Assembly (NCBI GenBank): GCA_016870475.1
Contig: VGBO01000004.1
Location: forward strand, 4,144-68,143
Origin: Actinomycetota bacterium
Lineage (GTDB): Bacteria > Actinomycetota > Acidimicrobiia > Acidimicrobiales > CAIXPF01
Direction: 5' to 3'
DNA: 64,000 nt
Below are positions 9,135 to 18,901 of the stretch, one piece after another; position 1 is the first letter of the stretch; each line of letters opens with the position of its first letter. The translations under genes and the position numbers were made by a program. The notes beneath the pieces were generated by a model. The model saw only the letters and a program-made list of their open reading frames with translations, ran no database searches and had not been told where the DNA came from.

Positions 9135-9140
9135 TACGGT
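9135..9140 (+). promoter_or_regulatory. -10-like TACGGT, 7 nt upstream of the nitroreductase ATG (leaderless-type)
   Basis: Read directly: TACGGT ccggccc ATG. Confidence 0.4.
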
Positions 9141-9147
9141 CCGGCCC

Positions 9148-9801
9148 ATGGCCGACCATCTGCCCCCCCTCAGCGCCGACGAGGTGCTCACCACCACCCG
9201 AGCCGTCCGGAAGCGGCTCGACCTCGACCGGCCGGTGCCGCTCGACCTCATCACCGAGTGCGTCGCCGTCGCCCAGCAGGCACCGACGGGTTCGAACACC
9301 CAGCGCTGGCACTTCGTGGTCGTCACCGATCAGGCGAAGAAGGAAGCGCTCGGCGCGATCTACGCGAAGGCGTTCGACACCTACCGCACCTCGCCGATGT
9401 ACGCCGGTGCGATCCGCACGGGTGACGCGGCGCGCGACGCCCAGCAGGAGCGGGTCGGCGCCTCCGCCGACTACCTCGCCGATGTGATGGGCCGTGCCCC
9501 GGTGCTCGTCATCCCCTGTGTGGAGGGGCGGATCACCCACGTCTCGACCGCTGCGGGGACGCTCGGCAGCATCATCCCGGCCGCGTGGTCGTTCATGCTC
9601 GCCGCCCGGGCCCGCGGGCTCGGCACCTGTTGGACGACGCTGCACCTGATGCACGAGCAGGAGGCCGCCGACGTGGTCGGCATCCCCTACGACAAGGTGA
9701 CCCAGGTGCTGCTGACCCCGGTTGCGTTCACGAAGGGCACCGACTTCAAGCCGGCGACCCGTCCCGCGCCGGAGTCGATCATGCACGTCGACGCCTGGTG
9801 A
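9148..9801 (+). CDS. nitroreductase family protein
   Basis: 217-aa ORF with a nitroreductase-type N-terminus (TTRAVRKRLDLDRPVPLDLITECVAVAQQAPTGSNTQRWHFVVV). Confidence 0.85.
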   Translation: MADHLPPLSADEVLTTTRAVRKRLDLDRPVPLDLITECVAVAQQAPTGSNTQRWHFVVVTDQAKKEALGAIYAKAFDTYRTSPMYAGAIRTGDAARDAQQERVGASADYLADVMGRAPVLVIPCVEGRITHVSTAAGTLGSIIPAAWSFMLAARARGLGTCWTTLHLMHEQEAADVVGIPYDKVTQVLLTPVAFTKGTDFKPATRPAPESIMHVDAW

Positions 9802-10472
9802 GCGAGGCGGCCCCGTCGATGCGGGCCGACCTCGCCGCTGCGGCCGAGGCCGCTCGGGGGTTCCTCCCCCCCGAGGAGGGGCGCGCCCTGTTCGCTGCCG
9901 CCGCCGGGGTGCCGGCGACGGTCGCCGGCCCGTTTCTCGAGATCGGCAGCTACTGCGGACGGTCTGCGCTGTTCCTCGGCGCGGCTGCGGAGGCACGGGG
10001 CACGGTGCTGTTCTGCGTCGACCACCACCACGGGTCGGAGGAGAACCAGCCCGGGTGGCCCTGGCACGAACCGGACCTCGTCGACCCGGCGACCGGGCGC
10101 CTCGACACGCTGCCGACGTTCCGGCGCACGGTGGAGGCGGCCGGACTCGGCGACACCGTCGTCGCGGTCGTCGGGGCGTCGACCACGGTCGCCCGTCACT
10201 GGACGACCCCGCTCGCCTTCCTCTTCGTCGACGGCGGCCACGGAAGCGACCCGGCGCACGACGACTTCGAGCAGTGGGCCCCGAAGGTGGCACCCGGCGG
10301 TCGGCTCGCTGTGCACGACGTGTTCCCCGACCCCGCTGACGGCGGTCGGCCCCCCTACGAGGTCTGGTGCCGGGCGCTGGCGTCGGGAGCGTTCGAGGAG
10401 ATCTCGGTCTGCGGTTCCCTGCGCGTGCTCGAACGCCTCGATCGCGCGCTGGCCGTCACCCGACGGCCGTGA
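9798..10472 (+). CDS. class I SAM-dependent methyltransferase (Methyltransf_24-like)
   Basis: In-frame GTG 9798 overlaps the nitroreductase stop (GTGA). Motifs present: FLEIGSYCGRSALFLG, FLFVDGGHGSD, GGRLAVHDV. Confidence 0.75.
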   Translation: MSEAAPSMRADLAAAAEAARGFLPPEEGRALFAAAAGVPATVAGPFLEIGSYCGRSALFLGAAAEARGTVLFCVDHHHGSEENQPGWPWHEPDLVDPATGRLDTLPTFRRTVEAAGLGDTVVAVVGASTTVARHWTTPLAFLFVDGGHGSDPAHDDFEQWAPKVAPGGRLAVHDVFPDPADGGRPPYEVWCRALASGAFEEISVCGSLRVLERLDRALAVTRRP

Positions 10473-11499
10473 CGTCGTCGACGACGGGGTCGACGAGCAG
10501 TCGGGAACCGGGGCTCGCTCCCGTGAGCGCGTCGGCGGCGAGGACCACCGCGGCGGACGTGTACGTCGACAGCTCGCGATCCGGGAACGTCACCGCGTCC
10601 GGGTGCACGAGCCCCGTCCAGTAGCGGCCGGTCGCCGGGTCACGGTGGGCTCCCGCCCACCGGAACAGGTCGACGGCCGTCGACCGGTCACCGACGGCGA
10701 GGTGCGCCAGCGCGCACTCGCAGGTCTCCGCCGCGGTGACCCACGGTTGGTCGCTCACGCAGCGGACGCCGTGCCCCTCGAGCACGAACGTCGCCCGGCG
10801 TTCCTCGAGCCGCCGTCGCGCGACCTCGCCGGTGACGACGCCCGCGAGGACCGGGTAGTACCAGTCCATCGCCCAGCGATGCTTCGGCGCGAACGCCTCC
10901 GTCTCGGCGGTGCGGATCGTCGTGGTGAGCCGTGCGAGCGCGGCGCGCCAACCCGGTCGGGGCTCGCCGAGCAGGTCCGCGAGCGCGAGAGCGTCCCCGA
11001 GGCTGCGGGCGATGCTCGACGACCCGGTGAGGAGCGCGAACGGCCAGGGCGTGCCGTCACCGTGGCGGGCCCAGAGGACCTCGCCGCGGGGGGTCTGCAG
11101 TCCGAGCACCACGGCGATCGCCCGGTCGATCATCGGCCAGAACCGTTCGGCGAGCGTCCGGTCGCCGGTGCAGGCGACGAGGTGGCGGACCCCGGTCGCC
11201 GGATAGGCGCAGCAGTTCGCGTCGACCTTGTCCTCCTCGACCCGGTCGGCGAGGTAGTAGCGGTGCCAGGAGCCGTCGGGGCGTTGCCGGGCCTCGAGCC
11301 AGGCGAACGCCCGCACGGCGTCCTCGATCCGACCGCCGACGGTCAGCGCCATCGCCGCCTCGGTGTGGTTCCACGGGTCGGCGTGACCGCCGGGGAACCA
11401 CGGGATCATCCCGTCGTCGAGCTGCCAGTCGGCGATCCCGTCGACGGTCCGACCGAGTTCGACGGCCGCCACGACGTCCTCGACGTCACGCAGCCACAC
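10456..11499 (-). CDS. prenyltransferase / squalene-oxidase-repeat (alpha/alpha-barrel) protein
   Basis: 347-aa ORF with QW-like repeats (LEARQRPDGSWHRYY; LQTPRGEVLWARHGDGTPW). GTG 11499 overlaps the upstream methyltransferase stop by 14 nt. Confidence 0.6.
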   Translation of the reverse strand: MWLRDVEDVVAAVELGRTVDGIADWQLDDGMIPWFPGGHADPWNHTEAAMALTVGGRIEDAVRAFAWLEARQRPDGSWHRYYLADRVEEDKVDANCCAYPATGVRHLVACTGDRTLAERFWPMIDRAIAVVLGLQTPRGEVLWARHGDGTPWPFALLTGSSSIARSLGDALALADLLGEPRPGWRAALARLTTTIRTAETEAFAPKHRWAMDWYYPVLAGVVTGEVARRRLEERRATFVLEGHGVRCVSDQPWVTAAETCECALAHLAVGDRSTAVDLFRWAGAHRDPATGRYWTGLVHPDAVTFPDRELSTYTSAAVVLAADALTGASPGSRLLVDPVVDDVTAVG

Positions 11500-12220
11500 G
11501 GGCGGGTTCCCTCACGGCGTAGAGCACGAGGCTCTTCGGCACGAACGGTCGGAGCAGCGTCTCCGCGATCCGGGTGGCGACCGGTCGGCGGACGATGTCC
11601 CACACGAGCAGCCGGTGGTAGGCGCGCACGAACGGGTGGTCGTCGTCGCCGATGCCGACCGCGCACCGCAGCCACCAGTACGGCGTGTGGAGCGCATGGG
11701 CCCGGCCGATGCCGACCGGTCGGAACCCGGCGCTGCGCAACCGGGTCTCGAGCACGGCCCGCGTGTAGATGCGCACGTGGCCGCCGACCGCTGCGGGTGC
11801 GTGGTAGTCCTCCGAGAGCCGCCAGCACACCGCTTCGGCGAGCCAGGCGGGCACGGTGACGGCGATCGTGCCGCCGGGACGCACGACCCGGGCGAGCTCG
11901 GCGAGCGCGGCGACGTCGTCGGGGACGTGCTCGAGCACCTCCGACGCGATGGCCCGGTCGAAGGACCCGGCCGCGAAGGGGAGGGCGGTCACCGAACCCC
12001 GCACCGCACCGGCACCGGCGCCGGGGAGCGCCTCGCCGGCCTCGGCCATCGCGGCGAACGTGGCCCGGCACGCCGTGAGGTCGTCGTGCCGGGGGTCGAC
12101 CCCCACCGTGTCGGCACCGCGGCGGAACGCCTCGAACGCGTGACGTCCGAGGCCGGCGCCGATGTCGAGCAGCCGATCCCCCGCTTCGAGGCCGAGGCGG
12201 TCGTAGTCGACGGTCAGCAC
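11486..12220 (-). CDS. class I SAM-dependent methyltransferase
   Basis: SAM motif I LLDIGAGLGRHAFEAF, then ALPFAAGSFDRAIASEVLEHV and VVRPGGTIAV. GTG 12220 (VLTVDYDRLGL) overlaps the GT4 stop (GTGCTGA). The rest of the 540-aa track ORF is shadow sequence. Confidence 0.85.
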   Translation of the reverse strand: MLTVDYDRLGLEAGDRLLDIGAGLGRHAFEAFRRGADTVGVDPRHDDLTACRATFAAMAEAGEALPGAGAGAVRGSVTALPFAAGSFDRAIASEVLEHVPDDVAALAELARVVRPGGTIAVTVPAWLAEAVCWRLSEDYHAPAAVGGHVRIYTRAVLETRLRSAGFRPVGIGRAHALHTPYWWLRCAVGIGDDDHPFVRAYHRLLVWDIVRRPVATRIAETLLRPFVPKSLVLYAVREPARVAA

Positions 12221-13527
12221 GGCCGGTCCGGCGTCATGGCGATCGTGCGGCGGTACTCCTCGACGGTGCGCTGCGCCATGATCCGCCAGCTCCAGTTCTC
12301 CACCACGCGTCGCCGCCCTGCGGCCCCGACCCCGGCCCGCAGCTCGGCGCCCCGTCCGAGGGTGGCGCGCAGCCCGTCGGCGAGTGCGGCGACGTCCCCG
12401 GCGGCGACCACGAACGCCGTCTCGCCGTGCGGGCCGACCACCTCGGGCAACGCGCCGCCGTCGGTGGCGACGAGCGGCACCCCGCAGGCCTGCGCCTCGA
12501 TCGCGGGGAGCGAGAACCCTTCGTACAGTGACGGGACGCACGCGACCTCGGCGGAGGCGTACAGGTCGACGATCGCGTCGTCGTCGACCCCCGACACGTT
12601 GGTGACGGCGTCCTGCAGCCCGAGCCGGTCGATGGTGCGGGCGGACTCGCCGCCCTCCTTGCGCCGGCCGATCACCACGAGGTGGGTCTCGGGTCGTTCC
12701 TCCCGCAGCACGGCGAGCGCCTCGAGCAGGAAGCGCTGTCCCTTGAGCGCCACGTCGGCCGACGCGGTGGTGACGATGCGGCCGGGGACGACGGGGACGG
12801 CGGGTCGGGGGGCGAACAGGTCGACGTCGACACCGACGGGGATCGTCGCCATGCGGTCGGGGCGGACCCCGAACTCGGTGCAGATGTCGCGGTGGGAGTT
12901 CTCCGACACGGTGATGATCCGCGGCATCCGCCGGGCGACCCGGACCTGCATGCGGGTGAACCCGTGCCAGCGGGCCTTCGCCCAGCGTTCCCGCCGGTTG
13001 CGGGCGTGCTCCATCTCGAGGCGACGGTCGACGGTGATGGGGTGGTGCACGGTCGCGACGAGCGGCAGTCCCGTGCGGAGGATGCCGAGCATCCCGTAGC
13101 CGAGGCACTGGTTGTCGTGGACCACGTCGAAGTCGGCGACCCGGTCACGGAGGTGTCGCCAGGCGCGCAGCGAGAACGAGAGCGGCTCGGGGAACGAGCC
13201 GGACATGAACACGCCGACCTCGACCGCGTCGATCCAGTCGCGCAGCTCCCACCAACCCGGCATTCGCATGGGGTGGTGGTCGTTGTAGATGTCGAGGCTC
13301 GGCAGCCGGGTGAGCGGCACCCGCTCGTCGAGCAGCGGGTACGGCTGTCCGCCGAGCACCTCGACGTGGTGCCCGAGGTCGGCGAGTGCCTTCGTGAGGT
13401 GACGCGTGTAGACGCCCTGGCCGCCGACGTGCGGTTTGCCCCGGTAGCTCAGGTAGGCGATCCGCAACGGCGCGTCGTGGACGGCGTCCGGGCGGGGCGG
13501 GGGGCTCGGCACTGGACCACTGTTCAC
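12214..13527 (-). CDS. glycosyltransferase family 4 (GT-B)
   Basis: 437-aa ORF: LRIAYLSYRGKPHVGGQGVYTRHLTKALADLGHHV ... CVPSLYEGFSLPAIEAQACGVPLVATDGGALPEVV (EX7E motif). Confidence 0.9.
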   Translation of the reverse strand: MNSGPVPSPPPRPDAVHDAPLRIAYLSYRGKPHVGGQGVYTRHLTKALADLGHHVEVLGGQPYPLLDERVPLTRLPSLDIYNDHHPMRMPGWWELRDWIDAVEVGVFMSGSFPEPLSFSLRAWRHLRDRVADFDVVHDNQCLGYGMLGILRTGLPLVATVHHPITVDRRLEMEHARNRRERWAKARWHGFTRMQVRVARRMPRIITVSENSHRDICTEFGVRPDRMATIPVGVDVDLFAPRPAVPVVPGRIVTTASADVALKGQRFLLEALAVLREERPETHLVVIGRRKEGGESARTIDRLGLQDAVTNVSGVDDDAIVDLYASAEVACVPSLYEGFSLPAIEAQACGVPLVATDGGALPEVVGPHGETAFVVAAGDVAALADGLRATLGRGAELRAGVGAAGRRRVVENWSWRIMAQRTVEEYRRTIAMTPDRPC

Positions 13528-13567
13528 GGTGGTCCCGTTGGACGCAAGGCGCGGCGGTGGCGCGCCC

Positions 13568-13573
13568 TACGAT
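13568..13573 (+). promoter_or_regulatory. -10-like TACGAT, 8 nt upstream of the dtd GTG (leaderless-type)
   Basis: Read directly: TACGAT cggcggcc GTG. Confidence 0.4.
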
Positions 13574-13581
13574 CGGCGGCC

Positions 13582-14034
13582 GTGCGGGCGTTGGTGCAGC
13601 GGGTGCTCGAGGCGTCGGTGACCGTGGTCGACGACGACGGCGGGCGTGAGGAGTCCGGTCGGATCGGGCCGGGCTTGTGCGTGCTCGTCGGGGTCACCCA
13701 CGGGGACGGCGTCGAGGAGGCACGGCGGCTCGCCGCCAAGATCTGGAACCTGCGGGTCATGGCCGACGACGACGGGGTGATGAACCGTTCGGTCGGTGAG
13801 ACGACCGGTGCGGTGCTCGTCGTCTCGCAGTTCACCCTGTACGGCGACACCGAACGGGGTCGACGGCCGAGCTGGGTGGCGGCGGCTCGACCGGAGCACG
13901 CCGAACCGCTCGTCTCCCTCGTCGTCGACGAACTGCGGGCGCTCGGTGCGACCGTCGGCACCGGACGGTTCCGCACCCACATGGAGGTGGCGCTCACGAA
14001 CGACGGTCCGGTCACGCTCCTGATCGAGGTGTGA
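13582..14034 (+). CDS. dtd: D-aminoacyl-tRNA deacylase
   Basis: GTG 13582 gives VRALVQRV...VVSQFTLYGDT...GRRPSW...MEVALTNDGPVTLLIEV, with the SQFTL and NDGPVT signatures. Confidence 0.9.
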   Translation: MRALVQRVLEASVTVVDDDGGREESGRIGPGLCVLVGVTHGDGVEEARRLAAKIWNLRVMADDDGVMNRSVGETTGAVLVVSQFTLYGDTERGRRPSWVAAARPEHAEPLVSLVVDELRALGATVGTGRFRTHMEVALTNDGPVTLLIEV

Positions 14035-15493
14035 CCCGTCGGTCCGTCCGCCGGTCGGCGTAGATCGCCCCGGCGACGAGGCCGAACGCTACGCCCAGCC
14101 ACGGCCACGGGCCGGTGCGGACCGCCGGCGTCGTGCCGGTGCGACGTTCGACCGTCGCCCGCAGCACCCGGGCCTCCGAGGTGCCCGTGCGGTCGAGGAC
14201 CGTGCCGTCCGGGTCGACGACGGCGGAGAACCCCGTCGGCGCCGCCTGCAGCACCCAGCGGTCCGACTCGATCGCCCGCAGACGTGAGGAAGCCACCTGC
14301 TGGGACTGCACGATCGTGAGCCAGTACGACGAACCGTTCGTCGGGTTGAGGAGCACCTCGCCGCCGTCGCCGACGCCGTCGCGGGCCCGTCGTTCGAAGA
14401 ACACCTCCCAGGAGATGACGATCGCGAGTCGACCGACCGGGGTGTCGAGGCGGGCCGGTCCGGTCCCGGCCCGCGCGTCGCGTGGGATGAACGTCGACGC
14501 CGCACCGCCCGACAGCAGGTCGACGGCGCCGCGGAACGGCACGTACTCGCCGAAGGGGACCCGCTGCACCTTGTCGTAGCGGTCGGTGAAGGTGCCCTCC
14601 GGGGTGATCACGAGGCTCGCGTTCCGGAAGTGGTCGTCGAACCCCTCGACCACACCGGGGACGACCGTCGCGTCGAGGCGACGGGCGAGCGCCGCGAGCT
14701 CCGCACCTTCCGGTGTGTCCTCGACGAACCCGTCGACGGTGACGACGTTCTCGGGCCACAGCACCAGGTCCACCGGCCCGGTGATCCCCTCGGTCGCCTG
14801 GACGTGACGGCGGTACGGCAACGCCGGGTCGGTGTCGACCGCACGGGTGCGTTGGGGTCCGCCCCCTTGGACGACGGCGACGTCGAGCGTGCCCACGGTG
14901 CGTGCCCGGGGGAGGAGGGTCGCAGCCGCGACGATGACGACGGTGCACGCGAGCCCGATCGCGACGGCGCGACGGTGGCGCAGCAGCGCCGCCCGCAACG
15001 CCACCCCGCCGCCGACCACGACGAGCGTGACGAGCACGCCACCCCCGAGGCGGGCGACCACGGCGAAGGGGCTCGCCGCCTGGCCCATCGGCACGGTCGA
15101 GAGCGGCACCCCACCGAAGGGGAACGACCAGCGGGCGAACTCGGCGAGGGCGAGCGCCCCCGGGAGGGCCAGCCAGCGCCACGGCCGCCGGCCGGGCACG
15201 ACGGCGGCGGCCACGCCGGGCGCGGCGGACAGGACGAACGCTGCGGCGACGTACCCGGGCGGCGAGAAGTCGAGCATCCACACGGTCGACGGCGCGAGCC
15301 ACCCGACCCCGGCGAGCCAGCCGACGGCGAACCGGCCCCGGCGACCCGTGCCCTCGAGTGCGACGTCCAGCACGGCGACGGCGACGAAGGCGAGCGGCCA
15401 CCAACCCCACGGCGGAACGGAGGCGGCGAGGAGCAGGCCGCCACCGACGGCCGTGCCGAGCCGGCGTCCGTTGCGTCGGAGCCGTCCCGTCAC
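14012..15493 (-). CDS. lnt: apolipoprotein N-acyltransferase-like CN-hydrolase membrane protein (Ser at the catalytic Cys position)
   Basis: N-terminal multi-TM region plus a CN-hydrolase domain: LVLWPENVV (Glu), YDKVQRVPFGEYVP (Lys), LAIVISWEVFF (expected ICYE-type Cys is Ser, codon 14411-14413), NGSSYWL...RLRAIESDRWVLQAAPTGFSAVV. GTG 15493 overlaps the hemY stop (GTGA). Confidence 0.75.
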   Translation of the reverse strand: MTGRLRRNGRRLGTAVGGGLLLAASVPPWGWWPLAFVAVAVLDVALEGTGRRGRFAVGWLAGVGWLAPSTVWMLDFSPPGYVAAAFVLSAAPGVAAAVVPGRRPWRWLALPGALALAEFARWSFPFGGVPLSTVPMGQAASPFAVVARLGGGVLVTLVVVGGGVALRAALLRHRRAVAIGLACTVVIVAAATLLPRARTVGTLDVAVVQGGGPQRTRAVDTDPALPYRRHVQATEGITGPVDLVLWPENVVTVDGFVEDTPEGAELAALARRLDATVVPGVVEGFDDHFRNASLVITPEGTFTDRYDKVQRVPFGEYVPFRGAVDLLSGGAASTFIPRDARAGTGPARLDTPVGRLAIVISWEVFFERRARDGVGDGGEVLLNPTNGSSYWLTIVQSQQVASSRLRAIESDRWVLQAAPTGFSAVVDPDGTVLDRTGTSEARVLRATVERRTGTTPAVRTGPWPWLGVAFGLVAGAIYADRRTDRRVTPRSGA

Positions 15494-16881
15494 GCGGTGC
15501 GGTCCCCACCGTCGAGGAGGCGACCCGCTGCCGTGCGACCCGACACGATGCACGCCGGGATCCCGAGACCGCGCAACGCTGCGCCGGCGAGCGCGACGCC
15601 GGGGAGCGCCGCCGCGAGCGCTGCCTCGGCGGATTCGACGCGAGCGAGGTGGCCCGGGCGGTACTGGGGGAGCGACGCGTCCCAGCGGTGCACGCGGGCG
15701 TCGGTCGGGCGGGCGGTGATCCCGAGCAGGGTGACGAGGTCGGCGCGCACCGCGTCGAGGAGCTCGTCGTCGGTGAGGCGGGTGCAACGCGTGTCGTCGC
15801 TCCGTCCGACCGACACCCGCAGCCGTACGACACCGTCGCCGCCCTGGTGCGCCCACTTCGACGACGCGAACGAGCAGGCGGTCACCAACAGGCCGGCGGA
15901 CCGGGGCACGAGCAACCCGGACGCGTCGAGGGGCACCGCAACGTCGGCCACCCGGTAGGCGAGCGCGGCGATCGCTACCGAGGCGTAGCGGAGGTCGGCG
16001 AGCACGGCCGCCGTCGCGGGCGCCTCGGCGGCGAGCAGTCCGGCCCCGACCGCGGCGGGGGCGGCGAGCACGACCCGGTCGGCCCGTTGCGGCCCCTTCG
16101 GGGTGTCCACCTCGTACCCCGTCCCCGCCCGCCGGAGCGCGGTCGCGGGCGTCGAGCCGTGCACGCGGTCGGCACCGATCGATTCGACGAGCCGTTCCAC
16201 GAGTCGGCCGGTTCCGGTCAGCGGGGTGAGGAACACGGGAGTCGCGCTCGCGGTCGCAGCGCGCAGCGTCGTGCGCAGCGCTCGCACGAGACTCGCGTCG
16301 GTGCGGGCGGCGGCGGCGAGCTGCGCTGCACCGCACTGGAGGCTCAGCTCGTCGGCGTCGCCGGCGTTCACCCCCGACAGCAGCGGGTCGACGAGCCGTT
16401 CGAAGACCTCGTCCCCGACGCGGCGGCGCACGAGTGCGCCGACCGACTCGTCGTCGGTGTGGTCCCGTTCGGGGTCGTCGGGGGCGCGGTCGAGGTCGGC
16501 GGCGACCGCCCGCAGCCCGTCCGCGCTCAGCAGGCCGGAGTGGGCGAGGGCGTCGAGGTCGGTGGGCACGCCGAGCACGAGACCCTCGGGGAGTCGACGG
16601 GCGACGCCGTCGTGCCACACGAGCGCCGAGCCGATCGCCGGGCTGGTCAGCTCGTCCTCGAGGCCGAGCTCCCGGCAGAGCTCCACGGCACCGGGGACCC
16701 GGGCGAGGAACGCGTCGGCGGCCTCGTCGAGGGCGACGCCGGCGAACGGCGTGGTCTGGAGCTTCCCGCCGGGGCGTCCCGCGTCGAGCACGACGACGTC
16801 CGCGCCGCGACGGGTGGCCTCCCAGGCGGCGGCGAGGCCGGCGATGCCGCCGCCGACGACCACGACCCGCACGGCGGTCAT
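15490..16881 (-). CDS. hemY: protoporphyrinogen/coproporphyrinogen III oxidase (FAD-dependent, HemY/CgoX type)
   Basis: ATG 16881 gives [41 protein letters not shown]..., a Rossmann FAD motif. Length is 463 aa. It follows hemE with an ATGA overlap. Confidence 0.85.
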   Translation of the reverse strand: MTAVRVVVVGGGIAGLAAAWEATRRGADVVVLDAGRPGGKLQTTPFAGVALDEAADAFLARVPGAVELCRELGLEDELTSPAIGSALVWHDGVARRLPEGLVLGVPTDLDALAHSGLLSADGLRAVAADLDRAPDDPERDHTDDESVGALVRRRVGDEVFERLVDPLLSGVNAGDADELSLQCGAAQLAAAARTDASLVRALRTTLRAATASATPVFLTPLTGTGRLVERLVESIGADRVHGSTPATALRRAGTGYEVDTPKGPQRADRVVLAAPAAVGAGLLAAEAPATAAVLADLRYASVAIAALAYRVADVAVPLDASGLLVPRSAGLLVTACSFASSKWAHQGGDGVVRLRVSVGRSDDTRCTRLTDDELLDAVRADLVTLLGITARPTDARVHRWDASLPQYRPGHLARVESAEAALAAALPGVALAGAALRGLGIPACIVSGRTAAGRLLDGGDRTA

Positions 16882-17930
16882 CGTTCGTCGGTGGTGTCCG
16901 ACCAGGTGTGCACGAGGTCGACGAGGCGGGCGAGCACGTCGGGATCGGTCTCCGGCAGCACCCCGTGCCCGAGGTTGAAGACGTGCCCCGGATGGCCGCC
17001 GTTGCGCCGCAGCACGTCGGTGGCCTCCGCGGCGACGGCGTCCCAACCGGCGAGGCAGACCGCCGGGTCGAGGTTGCCCTGCAGAGCGTGCCCGTCGCCG
17101 ACCCGGGTACGGGCCGCGTCGAGCGGGACGCGCCAGTCGACCCCGACGACGTCGGCGCCGGCGTCGCGCAGCAGCGGGAGCAGCTCGCCGGTCGTCACAC
17201 CGAAGTGGATCTTCGGGACGCCGAGGTCGTCGAGCGCCGCGAACACGCGCTGCGAGTGCGGGAGGACGTGCCGGGTGTAGTGCGCCGGGTGCAGCGCCCC
17301 GGCCCAGCTGTCGAAGAGCTGTACGGCGGAGGCGCCGGCGGCGACCTGGGCGCGCAGGGAGGCGATGGCGTAATCGGCGAGCCGGCCGAGCAGCGCGGCG
17401 AAGAGCTCCGGGTCGCCGAGCATGAGCGCCTTCGTGCGCGTGTAGGTCCGTGACGGGCCGCCTTCGACGAGGTAGCTGGCCACCGTGAACGGTGCGCCGG
17501 CGAACCCGATGAGCGGTACCGGCAGCTCCGCGGTGAGGAGCCGCACGGTCTCCTGCACGTAGGGGACGTGCACGTCGGGGTCGAACGGCGGCAGTCGATC
17601 GAGGTCGTCGGCGTCGCGGAACGGCTGCTCGGCGACCGGTCCCACGCCGGGGCGGACGTCGACGCCGAACCCGACGGCGGCGACGGGCACGACGATGTCG
17701 GAGTACAGGATCGCCGCGTCGACGCCGTATCGGCGTACCGGTTGAAGGGTGATCTCGGTGGCGAGCGCCGGGTCGCGCACCGCCTGCAGGATCGAGCCGG
17801 TCCCGCGGATGGCCCGGTACTCGGGCAGGGATCGTCCGGCCTGGCGCATGAACCACACGGGCACGCGGTCGTGGGGTCGGCGCCGGCAGGCGGCGAGGAA
17901 CGGCGAGTTCTCGGGGGTGTGTCCAAGCAT
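16878..17930 (-). CDS. hemE: uroporphyrinogen decarboxylase
   Basis: ATG 17930 gives [42 protein letters not shown]...ILYSDIVVP..., the canonical URO-D N-terminus. Length is 350 aa. Confidence 0.93.
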   Translation of the reverse strand: MLGHTPENSPFLAACRRRPHDRVPVWFMRQAGRSLPEYRAIRGTGSILQAVRDPALATEITLQPVRRYGVDAAILYSDIVVPVAAVGFGVDVRPGVGPVAEQPFRDADDLDRLPPFDPDVHVPYVQETVRLLTAELPVPLIGFAGAPFTVASYLVEGGPSRTYTRTKALMLGDPELFAALLGRLADYAIASLRAQVAAGASAVQLFDSWAGALHPAHYTRHVLPHSQRVFAALDDLGVPKIHFGVTTGELLPLLRDAGADVVGVDWRVPLDAARTRVGDGHALQGNLDPAVCLAGWDAVAAEATDVLRRNGGHPGHVFNLGHGVLPETDPDVLARLVDLVHTWSDTTDER

Positions 17931-17941
17931 CGGTGGTGGGG

Positions 17942-18901
17942 TCAACGGTTCGAAGGGATTCGGAGACGTCTGGCCCAGGCGGGTTCGGCGCGGAGTCGGG
18001 CGGCGACGCTCGCGGCGGCGGCGTCGGCGGCGGCGGTCGGGTCGTCGTGGCCGCCGGTCGCCTGCTCGAGGACGAGCACGGGCGCATCGGCACCGTGGAT
18101 GCGGGCGACTTCCCGCCGGAGTTGGCGGCGTTGCCACCACAGCGCCGTGGCTGGGACGACGACGACGACGACGTCGAACCCGAGGCCGGCGACGAGGTCG
18201 GCGTTGGTCGCCGACCAGGCGGACGCCTCGACGTACCGTCGGGCGCCGATCGTCACCGGGGTGTTCGCCCACCGGTCGCTGCGGGCGGCACGGACCGCGG
18301 TCTCGGTGGTGGTGCCCGGGTGGTCGTCCCTGCCGAACACGATGCGGCGGCCATCGGGGAGTCGCACCGTGCACAGCCACAGCCCTTCCGGCCAGCCATC
18401 GTCCGTCCGCCGGTCGGCGTCGGTCGTGGCGTGGCGCGGGGTGACCCCGATCGGCACGGTGGTGGGCACGGGGCGGACCCCGTCGAGGATCAGGCCGGGT
18501 CGGGGTGGGCGTCGGAGCGTGGCGCGCAGGGCGAGCACCGGGTCGGCGGGTCGACGGGAGGTGGGCGGACCCGCCGTCGCCGGCGTCACGACTTCGGTCG
18601 CCGTCGCCTCGGTGCGGAGCGCCCCCGTCGGTCGCCCGCGGCGGAGCCCGACGGCGAGGTCGGCGCCGGCGCCGGTCCCGACGACGAGGTCGGCGGTGCG
18701 CGGGTCCCACCCGGTGCCGGTGGCGAGGCCGTCGAGCGCGCCGGCGAGCCAGGCCGCGGAGGTCGGGCCGCCCGCGCCGAGCACGAGGGCGACGGCCGCG
18801 GCGGGTCCGTCGGCGGTGTCGTGTCGCTCGTCGGCCACCGGGGCATGCTCCCACGGTGTCGGGCCGGCGGGCGATTCCGTCTGCGGTCGGCGCCCGGTCA
18901 T
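17942..18901 (-). CDS. patatin-like phospholipase-fold protein, catalytic dyad apparently substituted
   Basis: ATG 18901 overlaps the lhr stop (ATGA). [21 protein letters not shown] fits the Gly-rich oxyanion motif. The GxSxG position reads [11 protein letters not shown], and the DGG position reads [11 protein letters not shown]. Confidence 0.6.
   Translation of the reverse strand: MTGRRPQTESPAGPTPWEHAPVADERHDTADGPAAAVALVLGAGGPTSAAWLAGALDGLATGTGWDPRTADLVVGTGAGADLAVGLRRGRPTGALRTEATATEVVTPATAGPPTSRRPADPVLALRATLRRPPRPGLILDGVRPVPTTVPIGVTPRHATTDADRRTDDGWPEGLWLCTVRLPDGRRIVFGRDDHPGTTTETAVRAARSDRWANTPVTIGARRYVEASAWSATNADLVAGLGFDVVVVVVPATALWWQRRQLRREVARIHGADAPVLVLEQATGGHDDPTAAADAAAASVAARLRAEPAWARRLRIPSNR

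Noticed and set aside
7654-10293. 879-aa minus-strand ORF spanning the crotonase, GtrA, nitroreductase and methyltransferase genes
   Set aside because: It is a shadow ORF with extreme Arg/Pro/Gly content. It is antisense to four plus-strand genes that each carry family motifs.
13524-16618. 769-aa and 868-aa minus-strand ORFs (13524..15833 and the 5' part of 14012..16618)
   Set aside because: Only the 3' 1482 nt of the second ORF (lnt, from GTG 15493) has protein-like sequence. The rest is Arg-rich shadow sequence overlapping hemY and dtd.
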